Below, one piece after another: positions 27,542-41,110 of a stretch of DNA of 64,000 nucleotides. The notes under the pieces are model-generated. The model saw only the letters and a program-made list of their open reading frames with translations. It was not told the DNA's origin and did not search any database. This stretch comes from Epiperipatus broadwayi (lineage: Eukaryota > Animalia > Onychophora). Each line of letters begins with the position of its first letter. Position 1 is the stretch's first letter. The position numbers and the translations under genes were made by a program. Where the stretch lies: positions 4,898,001 to 4,962,000 of the forward strand of contig JAQFVV010000001.1 of NCBI GenBank assembly GCA_028023455.1, given 5' to 3'.

Positions 27542-27623
27542 GCTTTCTGATACATTACATGATGGAGTAGAGTTACCCAATGGCACAGAAACCAAACAGT
27601 TAGAAGAAAATTCTGAATGCAAG
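27542..27623 (+). other. Candidate internal exon (82 nt)
   Basis: aattttttag|GCTTTC...GAATGCAAG|gtaagt has a consensus donor and a good acceptor. One frame is open: xLSDTLHDGVELPNGTETKQLEENSECK. I do not recognise the product. Confidence 0.55.
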
Positions 27624-27829
27624 GTAAGTCTATATTTCATTATTGATTGTAACAATTCACCTATTTGGGCATCAAAAATCATTGAAAAATAGATATTAAC
27701 AAATTTTGATGTTTTTTTTAAAAAAAGTCTTTTCATTTGTTTTTGTCATTATTATATATTGTTGTCATTATCATTATTAGTTTCAACTTTATCAGTCTTA
27801 TACAAGATGAAAATTGATTTGAAACTTCT

Positions 27830-29450
27830 AAGCTATAGCTCCTTCCACCCTCCCCCAAATATTAATTAATTCAATAACCTTACTTATTTTACCCATCCAC
27901 CTTACGTAAGATCTATTTCTAAATCTCATTAACATCTTTCAAGATTCAGGTTAGTATATACTTATATTTTCTATCCCAGATTTATTTTGTACTCTTAATT
28001 TTATGAATAATTTCAGTGATACCTGTTGTTTCATCAACTTTTATTTCAATTTTCATCTCCTTGTTAAATTTAACATAATATCAGTTCATTCTTTACTATA
28101 TGGTCTGGATTTTTTGTGTGGTTTTTTTAATATTAAAAATCACAGTTTCATATTGATAAATAAGTATTGGCACTTTTAGAAACATAAGCAGACTTTCTTT
28201 TAATAATAAGTTGTTTTTCAATTTTTGAGATTTTATTGAAAAACAGAAATGAGGCACTTGACTCTTCAAATATCGTTAATGCTATATGGAACCTAGTTAC
28301 TTTCCTAATCCCATTATAATTTTTTTTATTACTATTATTAATTTTTTTTTCATGTCAAAGCTATGTATGTAAATAATGAATTATTTGTTATCTATAAACA
28401 TTGTATTTGTCTACTCCATGTTGTTATTGAATTCAAACCAAATTTTCCATACTTATAGATAAACAAATTTTTTAGCACAATAAAAAATTGTTTTAAAAGT
28501 AGCAAGTTTTTTTTTTTTACCAGAAACATTTTATCCAAGTTTAATTTTATATTGATAAATAAGTATGGACACTTTCAGAAACATTAGCATACTTTCTTTT
28601 AATAGTAAGTTTTTTTTTACCAGAAGCACTTTATCCAAGTTTAATTTTATAATTAATTTTATCTATTATATTTATAATAATTATTTATCATTTAAAGTAG
28701 TTATAATTTTTCTCTTCTAATTCATTCTTACCAATCTTTATTTTCTCCTTTTCTAAAAACTCATTGAACATTAATTTTTTTTAGTATTTGTCTTTTATCT
28801 GATAACTCTTACAATATATTACAAGTATGAAGTATTATTTTTTGAAAGATAAAAAAAATCAACTTCAGTAGAACCTAAATTATTTAAGTAATTTGTTTCC
28901 TAATACTTTCCATAAAGCTATTGTAAAAAGTTTTGGATAGTTGAAATCAATCTGCTGTTCAGTATTAATTGTCTAGAATCACATGGAGTGTACTCATGCA
29001 TTTTAATAAATATTTTTCAGAGTTTGATAATAAACTGGATCTATATCATGACATTTTAAAGCTTTAATCATAGCAGAAATGATGTCAATTTAGAATCTAC
29101 AAATCCAATGCAAATACAACTCATACTTGTTGGACCTTTCTATATAACTCTTATTTTTGGTTAGCTCAAATCTAAGTTTTTATACATAGGAATGTCTTGT
29201 TTTTCATTTTCTTAAATCATTTTTATTAATAAATCTTTCAATTTTATATTTTGTTGTATAACTTTGCCAACATTTTTTCTTTTTCTTTATTTTTTTTTAA
29301 AATGTACTATAATGATTTCAGTTAATGGAGTTTTTCCATTTTTAGATTTAGTTGTATATTTAATCTTTTCACATAAAATATGTGGCATTTCAGATAATGT
29401 TATTTTTACATAGACTAATTAGTTTTTTATGTTTTAGTTTTATATAATAT
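27830..29450 (-). mobile_element. Decayed RTE LINE fragment with internal local duplications
   Basis: Minus strand at about 29140-29040 reads gaaaggtccaacaagtatgagttgtatttgcattggatttgtagatt, similar to about 2020 in the first RTE. The stretch at about 27840-28040 resembles the RTE 3' end seen at 33.1 and 59.7 kb. Duplicated blocks lie at about 28150, 28500 and 28550. Confidence 0.6.
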
Positions 29451-31985
29451 TATAGAATTTTTTCTACATCTCTTAATATAGTTTCTGTTTTTAGTGGCCA
29501 TGTTATTATTATTATTATTATTATTATTTCTTATTGAAGAAATAACTATTAATACTGTACTAATTTTCTAAAACATATGCTATGTTTATTTTTCTTTTGT
29601 TTTATATTTGCTTTAAGTGGATTACTTTTGGGTAAAATGATTTTAAAATACCTATTCTCTGACATCATTAGTGATGCAAAATTCAAGATGTGCTAAAAAA
29701 TTAAAAAAAAATTTTTTTTCCCTATCATTATAGTGAATAATTGATTGTAAATCAAAGTAGTGGGTACAAATTGATGATGATTGCTATTGTGAAATATTGC
29801 TAAGTAGCCAATCACTAAGTGAGGTCTAGCTGTATATATATATTATTCTACAGGTTTTTATATAACTTAAAGCTTTTTAATAATTTAATTTAACTATAGC
29901 ATATTACAATTATATATTTTTATTTTTTTTAAAATTTATAATTCTTTTTAAATAATTTTATGTCCTTTTAATTCTTAATAACATTTAACTGAATTTTTTT
30001 GAAAAATTGTTTTATATTTTATACTAATTGCCTCTATGAACTACATCTTATTGTAATTTTCAATCTATAAAATTAATGTTTTTAAATCCAAAAGTTGATC
30101 TACTACTTCTTTAAATTTTTCTATTATTTCTATTGTTAGTACAATTAATCATTTTTATATTACCTTTTTTCAAATTCACATAAAAATTAGTAAAATTTAA
30201 GTAAATAATTACATTCCACAATTAGAATAGCTATTTTTGAAGCATTTTTGCTATAAACTAAAATTTAAGAAAAGACAGAGGGATTAGAAAAAGATTAAAG
30301 AAAAGATTTTTATTAAATCCTTGACAAATATTTACATTAACTTAAAGATTACATAGTTTGTTTTAATTCTGTAGCAATTTTCTTCACTCTTTTCTGCAAT
30401 CATTTACTATATGCTTGAATAAACATATGAAAAAATTATGTGATATTGTTAAAATTTTTTTATTCTTGATATTTAATATCAAAGAAAAAAATAATTTGAA
30501 ATAAAAATTACATCCAAATGCACATTCATTAATCTGGTCTATTTGGTTCTTTAGTCTTCTAAAAAGAATGACATTCTGAATTAAGAGTAATTTACTATTT
30601 CATTTCTTATTTTCACCTCATCACTATAAATTTGCCTTATATTGAAAGATCTGTTATGATGTTATAAACTTAAACAAATATTAAATACAAATGATAATTA
30701 TTAAATATGTTGTATATTGGTCAATTGTATATTTATTTTTATATAATTAAAAAAATAAAAATTTACTATTAGTCCTCTTCTTCTTATAATTTATGTAAAT
30801 TTATTTTAAAAAAGTATTTTAAGTTTTTATTAAATTAACTTCATGTCAGTTTATTTTTAGATTTATAAATATTTTAAATAAGTTTTTAATTACCGCAGTA
30901 TTTTATATATATATATAACTTTTAATTTAAATAAAATACAAACATGGTGCTCATATCAATTAAATTTGCAAGTTTACAAATATTAATTAATGTTTTTTTT
31001 TTAAATTTTTTTTAAAAAAATATTTGGGTGTATAAATATATATATTTTACTGTGTTTAGTTATTATATTTTTTTAATATGTGTATTTAAGATTAAATTTA
31101 TGATAAACAATAAAATCTGATAGTTGTGAAAATTTGAATGACCCTTCATAATTTTATCAGGATTTTAAAGATTATATTTTTATTAGCTAATTAAATGATT
31201 GAAACTATCTTATTTTGGTCAAGTGTGAGATGATCTAATTTGTTAGATAAGTGTATAATTCTCACAAAAACTGTTAGTAAAAAAGAATTGATGTGCCCTT
31301 TATCATCACAATAGCATATACACTTTGAGAAGTCTGAAAAAATAAACTGATAATGTTGTTTTGCATCCAACTGATTTAGGATAGTTTTCTGATTGTTTGA
31401 ACATATTTGAAGTTTAAAGAATGAATTGTTATATAATCTACTTTGAAAATTAGATCATTTTATTTCCAATTTTTATTTATTTATTTAAAGTTGTCGATAT
31501 CTGTCAATTAAATTCTCAGTTTGAGGATCAAGAAATTGCTTTTCAAACTGAAGTGACTTATATATATATATATAAGATGACACATAGAAAAGAGGAAAGT
31601 CTTACTGATTATTAATATCTTAAACATATAGAAAGTTATTAGAAATTAAACACTAATAACCCATAAATAGAATTGATTGTATCCATGAAATAGCTACAAA
31701 TCTATGGATGTAGTTTAATAGGGAGCTATTCTGTTACAGAAAATAAACTAAAGAAATAGCAGGATAGAATTATGAATTGTAAAATGTAAATGGTTGATTC
31801 TAGAAAACTTGTTTTGATAATTATATAACATATATTTAATTCTGTTATTACACAATAGTTGTATTCCTGGAAAAACTGTGCAAGAAAAAAAAAGTCTATG
31901 TTAAAAAAATGGAAAATTGGTTTCAATCCTTAAAACTAAGTAAAATAATATAGTAAGTCAATTAATATAGTAGGATGTTTATAAT

Positions 31986-32163
31986 ATATAATAACCACAT
32001 TCCACTCTTTTGACACTTTGAAGCAAAATATATTTATTTATTAATATTACAGTTTCGACTGTTCCTAGGAGTCTTCGTCAGATCTGAATATCTACTAAAC
32101 TCTCTCTATTCCACCATTTTCTTTGCTTCAAAGTGTCAAAAGAGTGGAATGTGGTTATTATAT
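31986..32163. mobile_element. Short hairpin / MITE-like element with perfect 42-bp terminal inverted repeats
   Basis: atataataaccacattccactcttttgacactttgaagcaaa (31986-32027) has its exact reverse complement at 32122-32163. Confidence 0.9.
32039..32090 (-). ncRNA. Degenerate type-I minimal hammerhead-ribozyme-like motif (Penelope-like)
   Basis: Minus strand reads TATTCAGAT-CTGACGA-A-GACT-cctaggaac-AGTC-GAAA-CT-GTA-ATATTAATA. The core boxes and a 4-bp stem II are intact, stem I pairs 7 of 9, and stem III is one base short of a 6-nt palindrome. Confidence 0.4.
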
Positions 32164-33039
32164 GTTATATATTAGAAAAGCAAAAATAAAGAAGGAAAGA
32201 GGAAGAGAAGTTATTGAAGATTATAGTAGGATGTTCTATATGAAAATCTATATTAAAATCTTAATTTATTTTTTATGGTTTTATATGAAGTTTTTAGTTT
32301 ATAAACTTATAAAGATATACATATATAAAGTAAATTAACATTTATAAAGAAAATAATGTCATTAATTCATGAACATAGAAATTGGATAAAAAAATATGAC
32401 TTGGATGTTTATAATAGCCTTTAATGCACATTCTAAGATTTTTTTTTTTTTTTAATTAAAAACAATTTCCTAGAAAATTAAGTTAAAAATATTCATTTTT
32501 AAAATTATAATTAAATGGAGATTTTACTTTATTGGACTATGTTAAATCAAAACAAATCATGTATAAAGAGAACTGATTTTTTTTTTCCACAGCCTATTTA
32601 AAATCAAAATCATATGGAAAAAAGCCATGGAAAAACAGAATTAGATATCTATATCTTTAGTGATTTTATCTACTGAAATTTTTTTAATAGATATTACATT
32701 AATAATGAAGATTTGATTTAAGTGAAATAATTTAAACATAAAGCAGTTGTAATCTTTTGAATGCCATTTCCTGGAGGAACTTTACATTTTTGTAATTTTT
32801 TTCTTTGTAAGTACATTAACATTTTTATTTGTTATCTGTTAATAATTAATAATTTTTGCATTAATTTATAAAATGGTCTGATTTATTTAATTTAGTAATG
32901 CATATCATTAGAATCTTTTATGCATACTTGAGTGTGTTGATTTCTGAATTTATATATTATTAGCCAATATATGACTTCTCACATTTTTTATGCTGTGAAT
33001 CAAATTTTAGTTTTATGTAAAGATTATTAATCCACTGCA

Positions 33040-33330
33040 AGATAGAGGTCTCAAGTTTAGTCCAGTATTTATAGCCTTTCTTCTTCCCATCATACCAAAC
33101 AAACTTCTTATTTCATCCATCCATTTTATATATGGTCTCTTTTTAGGTCTTTTAAATCTCTTTGGATCCATTTTAAAACTTCAACTATTCATCTAACATC
33201 ATATCTTTTAGCAGTATGTTCAACTAGCCCCATTTCAATCTCATTTCTTTCAGTGATGTCAGTGATACCTGTTTGTTTTTTCATCCAAATATTTTACATT
33301 TAATCTCTTACTTGTTATGTTGTGAATACG
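33040..33330 (-). mobile_element. RTE LINE 3'-terminal fragment
   Basis: Minus strand gives VEVLKWIQRDLKRPKKRPYIKWMDEIRSLFGM, the same family as 59690-59930. Confidence 0.75.
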
Positions 33331-35299
33331 TAAGCAATATAGGATTTAAGATTGTGGGGTATAAAGTGTTAAATCAGATATTGTCTATGTAATAAAAAAT
33401 ATTTTTTCTAATTACTTAACTAATTAATTAAAAAGTTATTTCTATTCACTTAGATAAATCCAGAAAGAACACTTTTCCATATTGTTTTTAAATAATGTAC
33501 TAGATATTGTTATGTATGGCAAATTGATCAGTATTTAATTGTTACTCATCTCTATTTAAAGTTTCTCTTAGGATTGATTTATTGTGTAATGTCCATTTCA
33601 GATGTAGATTTATGGGAATTATCGGACAAGGGAAGATCAAAGTTTTTCATCATTATTCCCAGTAATGATAAAAAATTCAGTTAAGTTCAGTGAAAGCTGC
33701 ATTAAAAATATCATTTTATAATTTGTGTGCATTGTTTTCTTTTGGTTATATATTTTGGTCATATAAATGCCTGCTGATAAATGAAAAAATTAAACAGCCT
33801 AAATTTTCACCAAGTATTATGTGTATATGGGAGGGAAACCCCAATCAAAATAGATTTATTATTATTAATTCTTAAAATATAAGATAAACAGAAAGACAGG
33901 CATCAGAAACTAAATATATATATATTTAGATGTACCTTTTTGCTTATATGGCATTAAGAGATATCATTTTCCGGATTAATTCTGAGTATGTAGTAATAGC
34001 AAAAAAAAATTATTTAAATTGTTGATAGATTCAATTCTATAATTATGGTGCTTGTACAAATATGTCCATATGTAATTTTTTTAAAGATAAATCATTAGCT
34101 TTGCCTAATCTTCTGTAATAATGATGAAGGCTTCATGTTTTTGTTTTCACAATTACCATATCAACACTCATCTGACATTTCTATATTAATTTGAGTCAAT
34201 TATTCTATAACTAATAATAACTAAAAACTATTTATCCAACAATATTAAAAAATAGTTAGCTGGATTGGATATTGAATGACTATGTGAAAAATTGAAAGAG
34301 AAATTTTGTCTCTCATGATCTGAAAAATATTTAAACCCTAAGTTTATATTTATATTTAAGTGTAGTTTCTTGCACTTTTTTTTTTGGAAAGTCTATGGAA
34401 AATATCTTAGTTATATAATGTATATAGAAAAAGGATTTTATATATGTTATTCTAACTATATCAAGACATATACAGATTATCATGGAAGCCATGTCTAAGC
34501 AAACATTCTAATCCAAACGGGGAGGGGGGGGGGGTTGTCTTTAATTTCAATTTGAGAAAAATATTTTTTTTTAATGTATAAAATAGATATCTTTATATCA
34601 TTTGTGAATTATTTAAGGACTTTTAAGAGAACTTCTCTAAGCATCAAAACTTTATAAAATTTATGTTATAATTCTAAATATAAGTTTAAATAGAAGTTTT
34701 ATTAGGGGATGGGAAGCAATGATGAACTATCAACAACGATCAAATATATGTTTAGTCAAATTTGAATTAGTTTTTATTTAAATAAGACCTTCCTTATTAA
34801 TAATAACTAAAAATACACTTGTGAGAATTTATATAATGAAGATTTTTATTTAATTTGTATAGACATACCATCTTCATTGATTGGATTATGTTTGTGATAT
34901 GTACATGAACTGGTAATGCTGGATACCAATGTAATTTGTTTCTATATAGACCTGATTAGTTTTTAAATGTATGTAGTAGATATTAACAAAATTTTAATAC
35001 AAATACATATTGTTAAATGTATCTGCATTTGTTTAGCTGTTTTTTTTTTTTGTTTTCAGTTATAGCCTTTTTTTTCTAGAGTTCAATGCAATATTTATTT
35101 GTTCTTTTTATATATAAGTACTAATTTGTTAGTTCTTAGTTATTATTATCAAATATCAGTTTTAAAGTTGAATGTATTGCAGATTTACAGATTTAGTTTA
35201 TCTCCATCAGAAGAATCATCAATGTATCTTTGATATTTTGATTAGTTTTTATTAATCATTTACTCGGTGGTAATTTCACGTTATAATCCTAGACTATCT

Positions 35300-36000
35300 C
35301 CAACTCATTATATGATTCTGCTCTTTAAAAGCTTATAGCTACCTTTTTAAGAAGATCTGTCTCTCACTCTCCCCATTACTTTTCAATATATCTTTTACAA
35401 TTAACATATTTCTTAATATATAACCAATTCATTAATTCTTTCCTTTTTAATTTTTTTTATTAAATAATGTTTTTCTATTTTCTTGTTTTATTACTATTAT
35501 TATTTGGCACTTTCATATTTTTAAGTTTTTCTATCAAACTTATTATCTTTCCCATTTTTCTCCAATTCCTATCTTTTTTTATTTTATTTATAATTTTCCA
35601 ACTGTTGTCTTTCGATAAAATGATATTCTAAATAAAACATTTAACAAATTTCTTTTATAAATCTAGCTTCAAAAGGTAACATAATAGTTTCTTTGTCATA
35701 TTAAATGATTATTTAGTCTTTGATATTTACACAATTTCCTATTTTCATTTTAATTGAATTTTTGATTATTTAAAATCATTTGTTTTTATTCTCATCACTT
35801 ACTTGCATTGCGTCTGTCAGTTCATCCTTACAACTTGTAATTAATGACTTGTCATTACCAAATCTGATACAATTAATCTTATGCCTTTCAATATAATTCT
35901 ATCCTTATGATAATACTCATTATGCCACCAGTGATGATCAAATTTCATTTGGTTATACCATGTTGCCTAGATATTTTCCTGTCTTCAGAGAAAAAAACTT
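35300..36000 (-). mobile_element. Decayed RTE-type LINE RT fragment
   Basis: Minus strand at about 35880-35820 translates as INCIRFGNDKSLITSCKDEL, a decayed IRFADD catalytic motif. Confidence 0.65.
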
Positions 36001-37775
36001 AATATACATACATCATATATATTTTATGCTAATATTGTGTGAAATATTAGCGTAAAATATTTGAGTATTACACATATATATCAACACAGATTTGACAATT
36101 TTAATACATTATATAGTAAATCATGTAAATAAGTATTAAATAAAACAAGAGAAAAATAATATCTCTGTCTCATATTTTATTCCATAGATATTTCTTTTGA
36201 AATAAGAACCCTTTATCCTCCAGATATTTCTTATATAAATTTTCTGTTATTTATCTGATTAATTAATTAGTCAATGTTTTTCTCTTTAGAATATTAAAAA
36301 AATAATTATATTAACATTCCTCAGTCTTTTATCTATATTGGTATCAATCATATTGTCTATTTTTGTTCTTCAGATAAAAATGACTAGTATTTTGAAATTT
36401 CATTTCCCCAAAATTCCAACATTATTTAAATAGCAGAAGCCTTTTCTTTAATAGAATCAATTATCAAGAGAAAGTTTATTTCATTTTCCTGAATTATACT
36501 TTTTTGTCTTATAGTTTTTAATCATACAAGTTTCTGGAATATCAATTTTTATGCTGTGTTAATCTATTTTATTTTTTCTGTAACTAACTTCTCTCTTTTT
36601 TTTTTTTTCAATTATTTCATATCAGTGTTCTTACCTTTTCTTCATGAATTGTTTTATTATACAATATATAAAGTCAAGCATTTCTCTTTTGTCAATTTTA
36701 TTTTTATTTTTCTATTAAATCATATTCACCTAGATTTATTGCTTCATGATTTAGTTAATTATTTTATATACATCAGTTTTTCCATTTGAATTTTTTTTTT
36801 CTTCACATTTTAATTTTTAAAAAAGAAAAAAAGGTTTTTTTTTTATTTTTTTTTATTGTAGAATTACAAGAAAAAATATATAGTTTAAAAAAATTTTAGT
36901 AATAAGAATTTGCTATCTAACTGAAATTGACTATAATAAAATGATTTTATCAATATTTTAATTTAGTTTTCAGTGGCAAATATTCACTCTTTAATATATT
37001 TACTGTTTAAAAAGAAAATTATTTAATTTTTATGTAACTTAGCTTAATTTATATTATTCCATACTATATACTATTAAATAATATTTGAAACAAATTTAAA
37101 AGAAAAAATATTACTGGAAATTTTTTTTTTTTTTAATCTAAAGTATTCAGTGAGTTATTATTTAAATGAAACTACTAAGTTGTGAATCTTAAGAACTTCT
37201 TAATATATTCTCAGAGTCTATTTTGAATCTAGAAGTTTTTGAATTGAAATTTTTTATTTATTTATATTCCTTTGCGACACAATGGCTCATCTATTAATAA
37301 ATATAATATAAAGAATGTGGGCTGTTTAAATTAAGTAGAATGCATGCATATCTTTGAAAGTATTTTTGTTCTAATATGTAATTTTTCTTTTTGTATATAT
37401 AGAGCATAAAGAATTATAATAGCCATATTTCTCAAATTACTATTGATATTATTTGGAAAAAATTGAATTATTGTAAAACTATGTAATATTTTATTGAGTA
37501 ATATTTTTAATACTTTTAATATTAATATTTTTGGTAAAAACTTGCAACGAATGATTATTTTAAAATAATTCATTTGATTTTTAATACTAATAATTGTTTA
37601 TTAAATTGTTAATAATATATAGTGTTGATTTTATCTTAATTGTTTAGATACTAAAAATTAACTATAATAATATGGGGATATTTTTGCTAATTACAGTGTA
37701 TATATTATTATAATGTAGATAAAATATTGAATTAAAAATATAAATAAAAGACAGAATTGTTTACACATTATACAT

Positions 37776-37929
37776 ATCATTAAAAACCAGTCAACACTTA
37801 GACAATCTCAATATCAATACAATCAACAATTTCAAACTGTTGTCAAGCCAACTTCCTTTTGACAATAACAACAGTTTGAAATTGTTGATTGTATTGATAT
37901 TGTCTAAGTGTTGATCAGTTTTTAATGAT
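37776..37929. repeat. Near-perfect 154-nt palindrome / foldback
   Basis: atcattaaaaaccagtcaacacttagacaat...aatttcaaactgttgt pairs with acaacagtttgaaatt...attgtctaagtgttgatcagtttttaatgat, with a small bulge. An inner ttgtcaa/ttgacaa stem encloses a loop of about 12 nt. Confidence 0.9.
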
Positions 37930-38399
37930 TACTTACAAACCCATTTAACCTTGAGCATTATTACATTTATATTATACATATACACAAAAACTACATACGT
38001 AAAATTATTGTGTAATATATAATATTTAAGCAATTTATATGCAAAATAATTTATTTCTGTATATATATATCAGAGCTTTTCAAATTAGATATCAAAGATT
38101 AATGGAAATCATAAAAAATTTTGAAAATTTTATTTTATGTTTATGAATAATTTGAGTTTTTTTTTTTTAATCTTTATAGTCAAATGTAGTTATGGTGCTT
38201 ATGCATTGGTAAAGTGTCACAATGTTATTCACTAATTTTTTTTTTTGTTACATATTTGTAATTTAATTTTTAGATATCTTAATTCTTTATTTTTAGTTTT
38301 TGAATCCATAAATTTTTTTATAAATAATATGTTACAACAAATTATGTTTTTTCTCAAACTCAGTCATTATTTATTATGACAATTGCAACAAATTACAGC

Positions 38400-39630
38400 C
38401 TCATTGATTATTAGTTTTTTTTACTGCAGTTGTATTTGTCACAACAATGTAAAAGTGAGTAATATATTTCACTATATATATATATTAATTTTAATACTCA
38501 GAGGCTTAAACCAACAGTGTCGTAATATTGGGTTAATATTTTTCGTAACCACATATAATAGTACAGTTCTATTATGGTTATTTACTGTTATACGTATTGA
38601 CACAACTCATTTAATATTAATTCTCTTTCCATTAACATCAGTCATTACTAAATTAGTTTTTTCTATCTTGATGTTAATATTGGCTCTTTTGCTAATAGCC
38701 AGCCACAGTTTAAGTGACGTTAATGATATGCCTACCCCATTGTATATTTCCATTTTTATCATTTGTCCATAGACTTTTAGTATACTTGGCATATCAGCAT
38801 TTTTTTTTGTTCCTCCTCTCCTCAATTTACTATTTGAGGGTAAATCTTCTTTTGACATTTGTCATTTATTTCTATAAAACTTTGACAAATGGTCTGTCAG
38901 GCTACAACTAACATTGTTTTTACATGGTCCATTTTCTTGCAACAATAACATATATGAAAGGTCTGTATCAAATCCTTCTGTGTCACTTGTGATTGTGCCA
39001 TATTTATCTTTATACCCAAAGTGACTATCTCTGTCACATTTTTAAATGTTTGCATATGGTCTAGAATAGTTTTGGATGCTATTCCACTTTCAGTGGTGCA
39101 TTATAAGTTAGTGTAGATTCACTAGGAAGTATCTGCTCAATTTTAGGTCTAATACCTTACAAAAACTGGTCCAATGGCATCTCTTCTTACAATCCATAAA
39201 CTCATATTTCTTTCTAATGTTCATAGTATTAAATTATATTCACATATGCTTTCATTTTGTGCTTGCATTCTACTACAAAAATGAAGATGCATTGTATATT
39301 TTGATGTTATTGGCTTGAAGTAGTGAATTTTATTAATAATTCATCATACTAGATTTCTTCCAGCAGCTTCAGGTCACATAACCGATTTGCAAACTGCAGG
39401 ACATCCTGCCCTAACTTCATTAATAGGTTGGTGACTTTCAACTTTTCATCAATAATCTGATTTATTATCATATATTTCTCCATATGGTTTACATATATCT
39501 GCCACTTTCCTAGGGTATTTACATCAAAAGATGTTATTATTTTTCTGCATTTCTATAGATATACTAATCCTTACTCTGATTAGTAATTGCTCCACTTAAT
39601 ATTCACACGGATCATTATACAGGTTTTTAA
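38400..39630 (-). mobile_element. Gypsy-type LTR retrotransposon gag-protease remnant (pseudogenised)
   Basis: Minus strand shows a gag N-terminus KWQIYVNHMEKYMIINQIIDEKLKVTNLLMKLG, then QNESICEY, a decayed zinc knuckle CYCCKKMDH (about 38950-38920), a protease-like KMEIYNGVGISLTS (compare MEVDTGAxVSLIS; in ORF 38607-38858) and VLLYVVTKNINPILRHCW. Confidence 0.8.
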
Positions 39631-39918
39631 GACTGCACCATTTTTGATATGCACAGTGCCAGACTATAATCTAGCAGCAGTACACTCATATATTTAACTT
39701 AAATTGAAAACACACAAATTTTATTTAATAACTGAAATGATTTATTTACTCATAATAATATATAAATTAGTAATAGTAATTGGTAGCTCAATTGGCAACT
39801 GGTTAGTTGAAACAGCAATAAGTAATATCAATCATGGAACAGTTCATATATTTATAAATAGATATATAAATAGAGCTAAACTCCATTTCTATGATTTATT
39901 GTACCATTCACTTCCTTC
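39631..39918 (-). mobile_element. Candidate single LTR (about 39645-39910) bracketed by a PPT and a PBS
   Basis: Minus strand reads purine tract GAAGGAAG (39918-39911), then TG...(TATAAATA, AATAAA)...TATCA (ends 39645), then a PBS-like TGGTGCAGTC (39640-39631) just upstream of gag. There is no second LTR copy to confirm the boundaries. Confidence 0.5.
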
Positions 39919-40299
39919 ACATTTATTTTTAAAAATATTTTATTGACATAACAAAATTTGTACAGTTGAATATTATAATATACTTTGTTAATATTGGCTC
40001 AATTCCATTGCTGGTATTGGCTTCTTCCATCAAGGCTGACTTGGTAATGTGGGTGTCCTAGGTCTGGTAGATGCATGTTGAGCCATTAACTGCACTAACA
40101 GGTTATTGTATGAGTAAGTAGCATTCCATTCTGTTGGTATTTTTCACCCCTTTGAGGTTGGCTCTATAATGCTGACATATCAACTGGTTTCCATGTGGCA
40201 CATGCGCGGTGAGTTTTGTTTAAAGAAATGCCTGATAGCATTTGATACAACTGAGGGAATTAATTCCTTGGACATTGACAGCAGAGATTAAATATCTAT

Positions 40300-41110
40300 T
40301 GTTATCCATTGTAAAATGGCCCACTAAATTCCACCACAGACAGTTTTCTTGAAGTATCAGAAGTCTCTCCCTTTTTGGAGTTAATTTTCATGCGGATGTT
40401 TGGAGGGATGTTTAAATCCAAAGTGGGGAGATCTGCAGGCAAAATATTAGTAGAATAACCAGTTATTGGTTCAGATGGGAGATGGACCTTGCATTTCTTT
40501 TCTGTGGCTTCTTTATGCTTATTGTTAGTTGTGTTTGATATTATGGGTTTGGACTTATGCCTCAGTGGGAATACCATCTCCTCCTCTGCTGAGTAGAACT
40601 GTATACAACCTTTGGTTTTTTTTTGTTTCTGGCACTGGAAGTAATGCATGTCTTCATCTTCATCTGCAGACCAGGAAGAGATGGCATCTATAGGTGAAGT
40701 TAGATAAAGATTGTTGCTTTCATTAGTCTCTGCTATCAGTGTGGCACTAGGGCTTGGTGAGACATTTATCATTTAACTTCTGTAAATTTCACACAAGTCA
40801 TTTATTAGCAAGTTAGTAAGCATCTTGCTGTTCATTCACATATTTGAATCAGTCTAATTGGATTGGACTGGATCTCTTCTACTATAACATCTGCAATTGC
40901 ACTATCAGCTTTCATTCTATTATTCTAGTTTTTCACTAATCTGTTTTTCACTTTATTTGTTCTACTACTTATTCATTAGAAGTTCAGCAGTCAAATCTTT
41001 TAGCTTTGCTAATTTGCATATTGTTAGACATTTTTGTTACACAAATTAGAATACATGGTTTAATTCTATTTTCTGCATATAATTATTTCTATTCTGACTC
41101 AACACTAGCT
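40300..41110 (-). mobile_element. Gypsy pol 3' end: integrase C-terminal region and low-complexity tail
   Basis: Minus strand DLTAELLMNK**RT...NRMKAD...ADVIVRD (about 40995-40870) resembles the Gypsy IN C-terminal pattern PAELLMGRKLRT...MK...GD.V.VRD. It is followed by the S/P/T-rich ORF 40302-40772. Confidence 0.55.
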
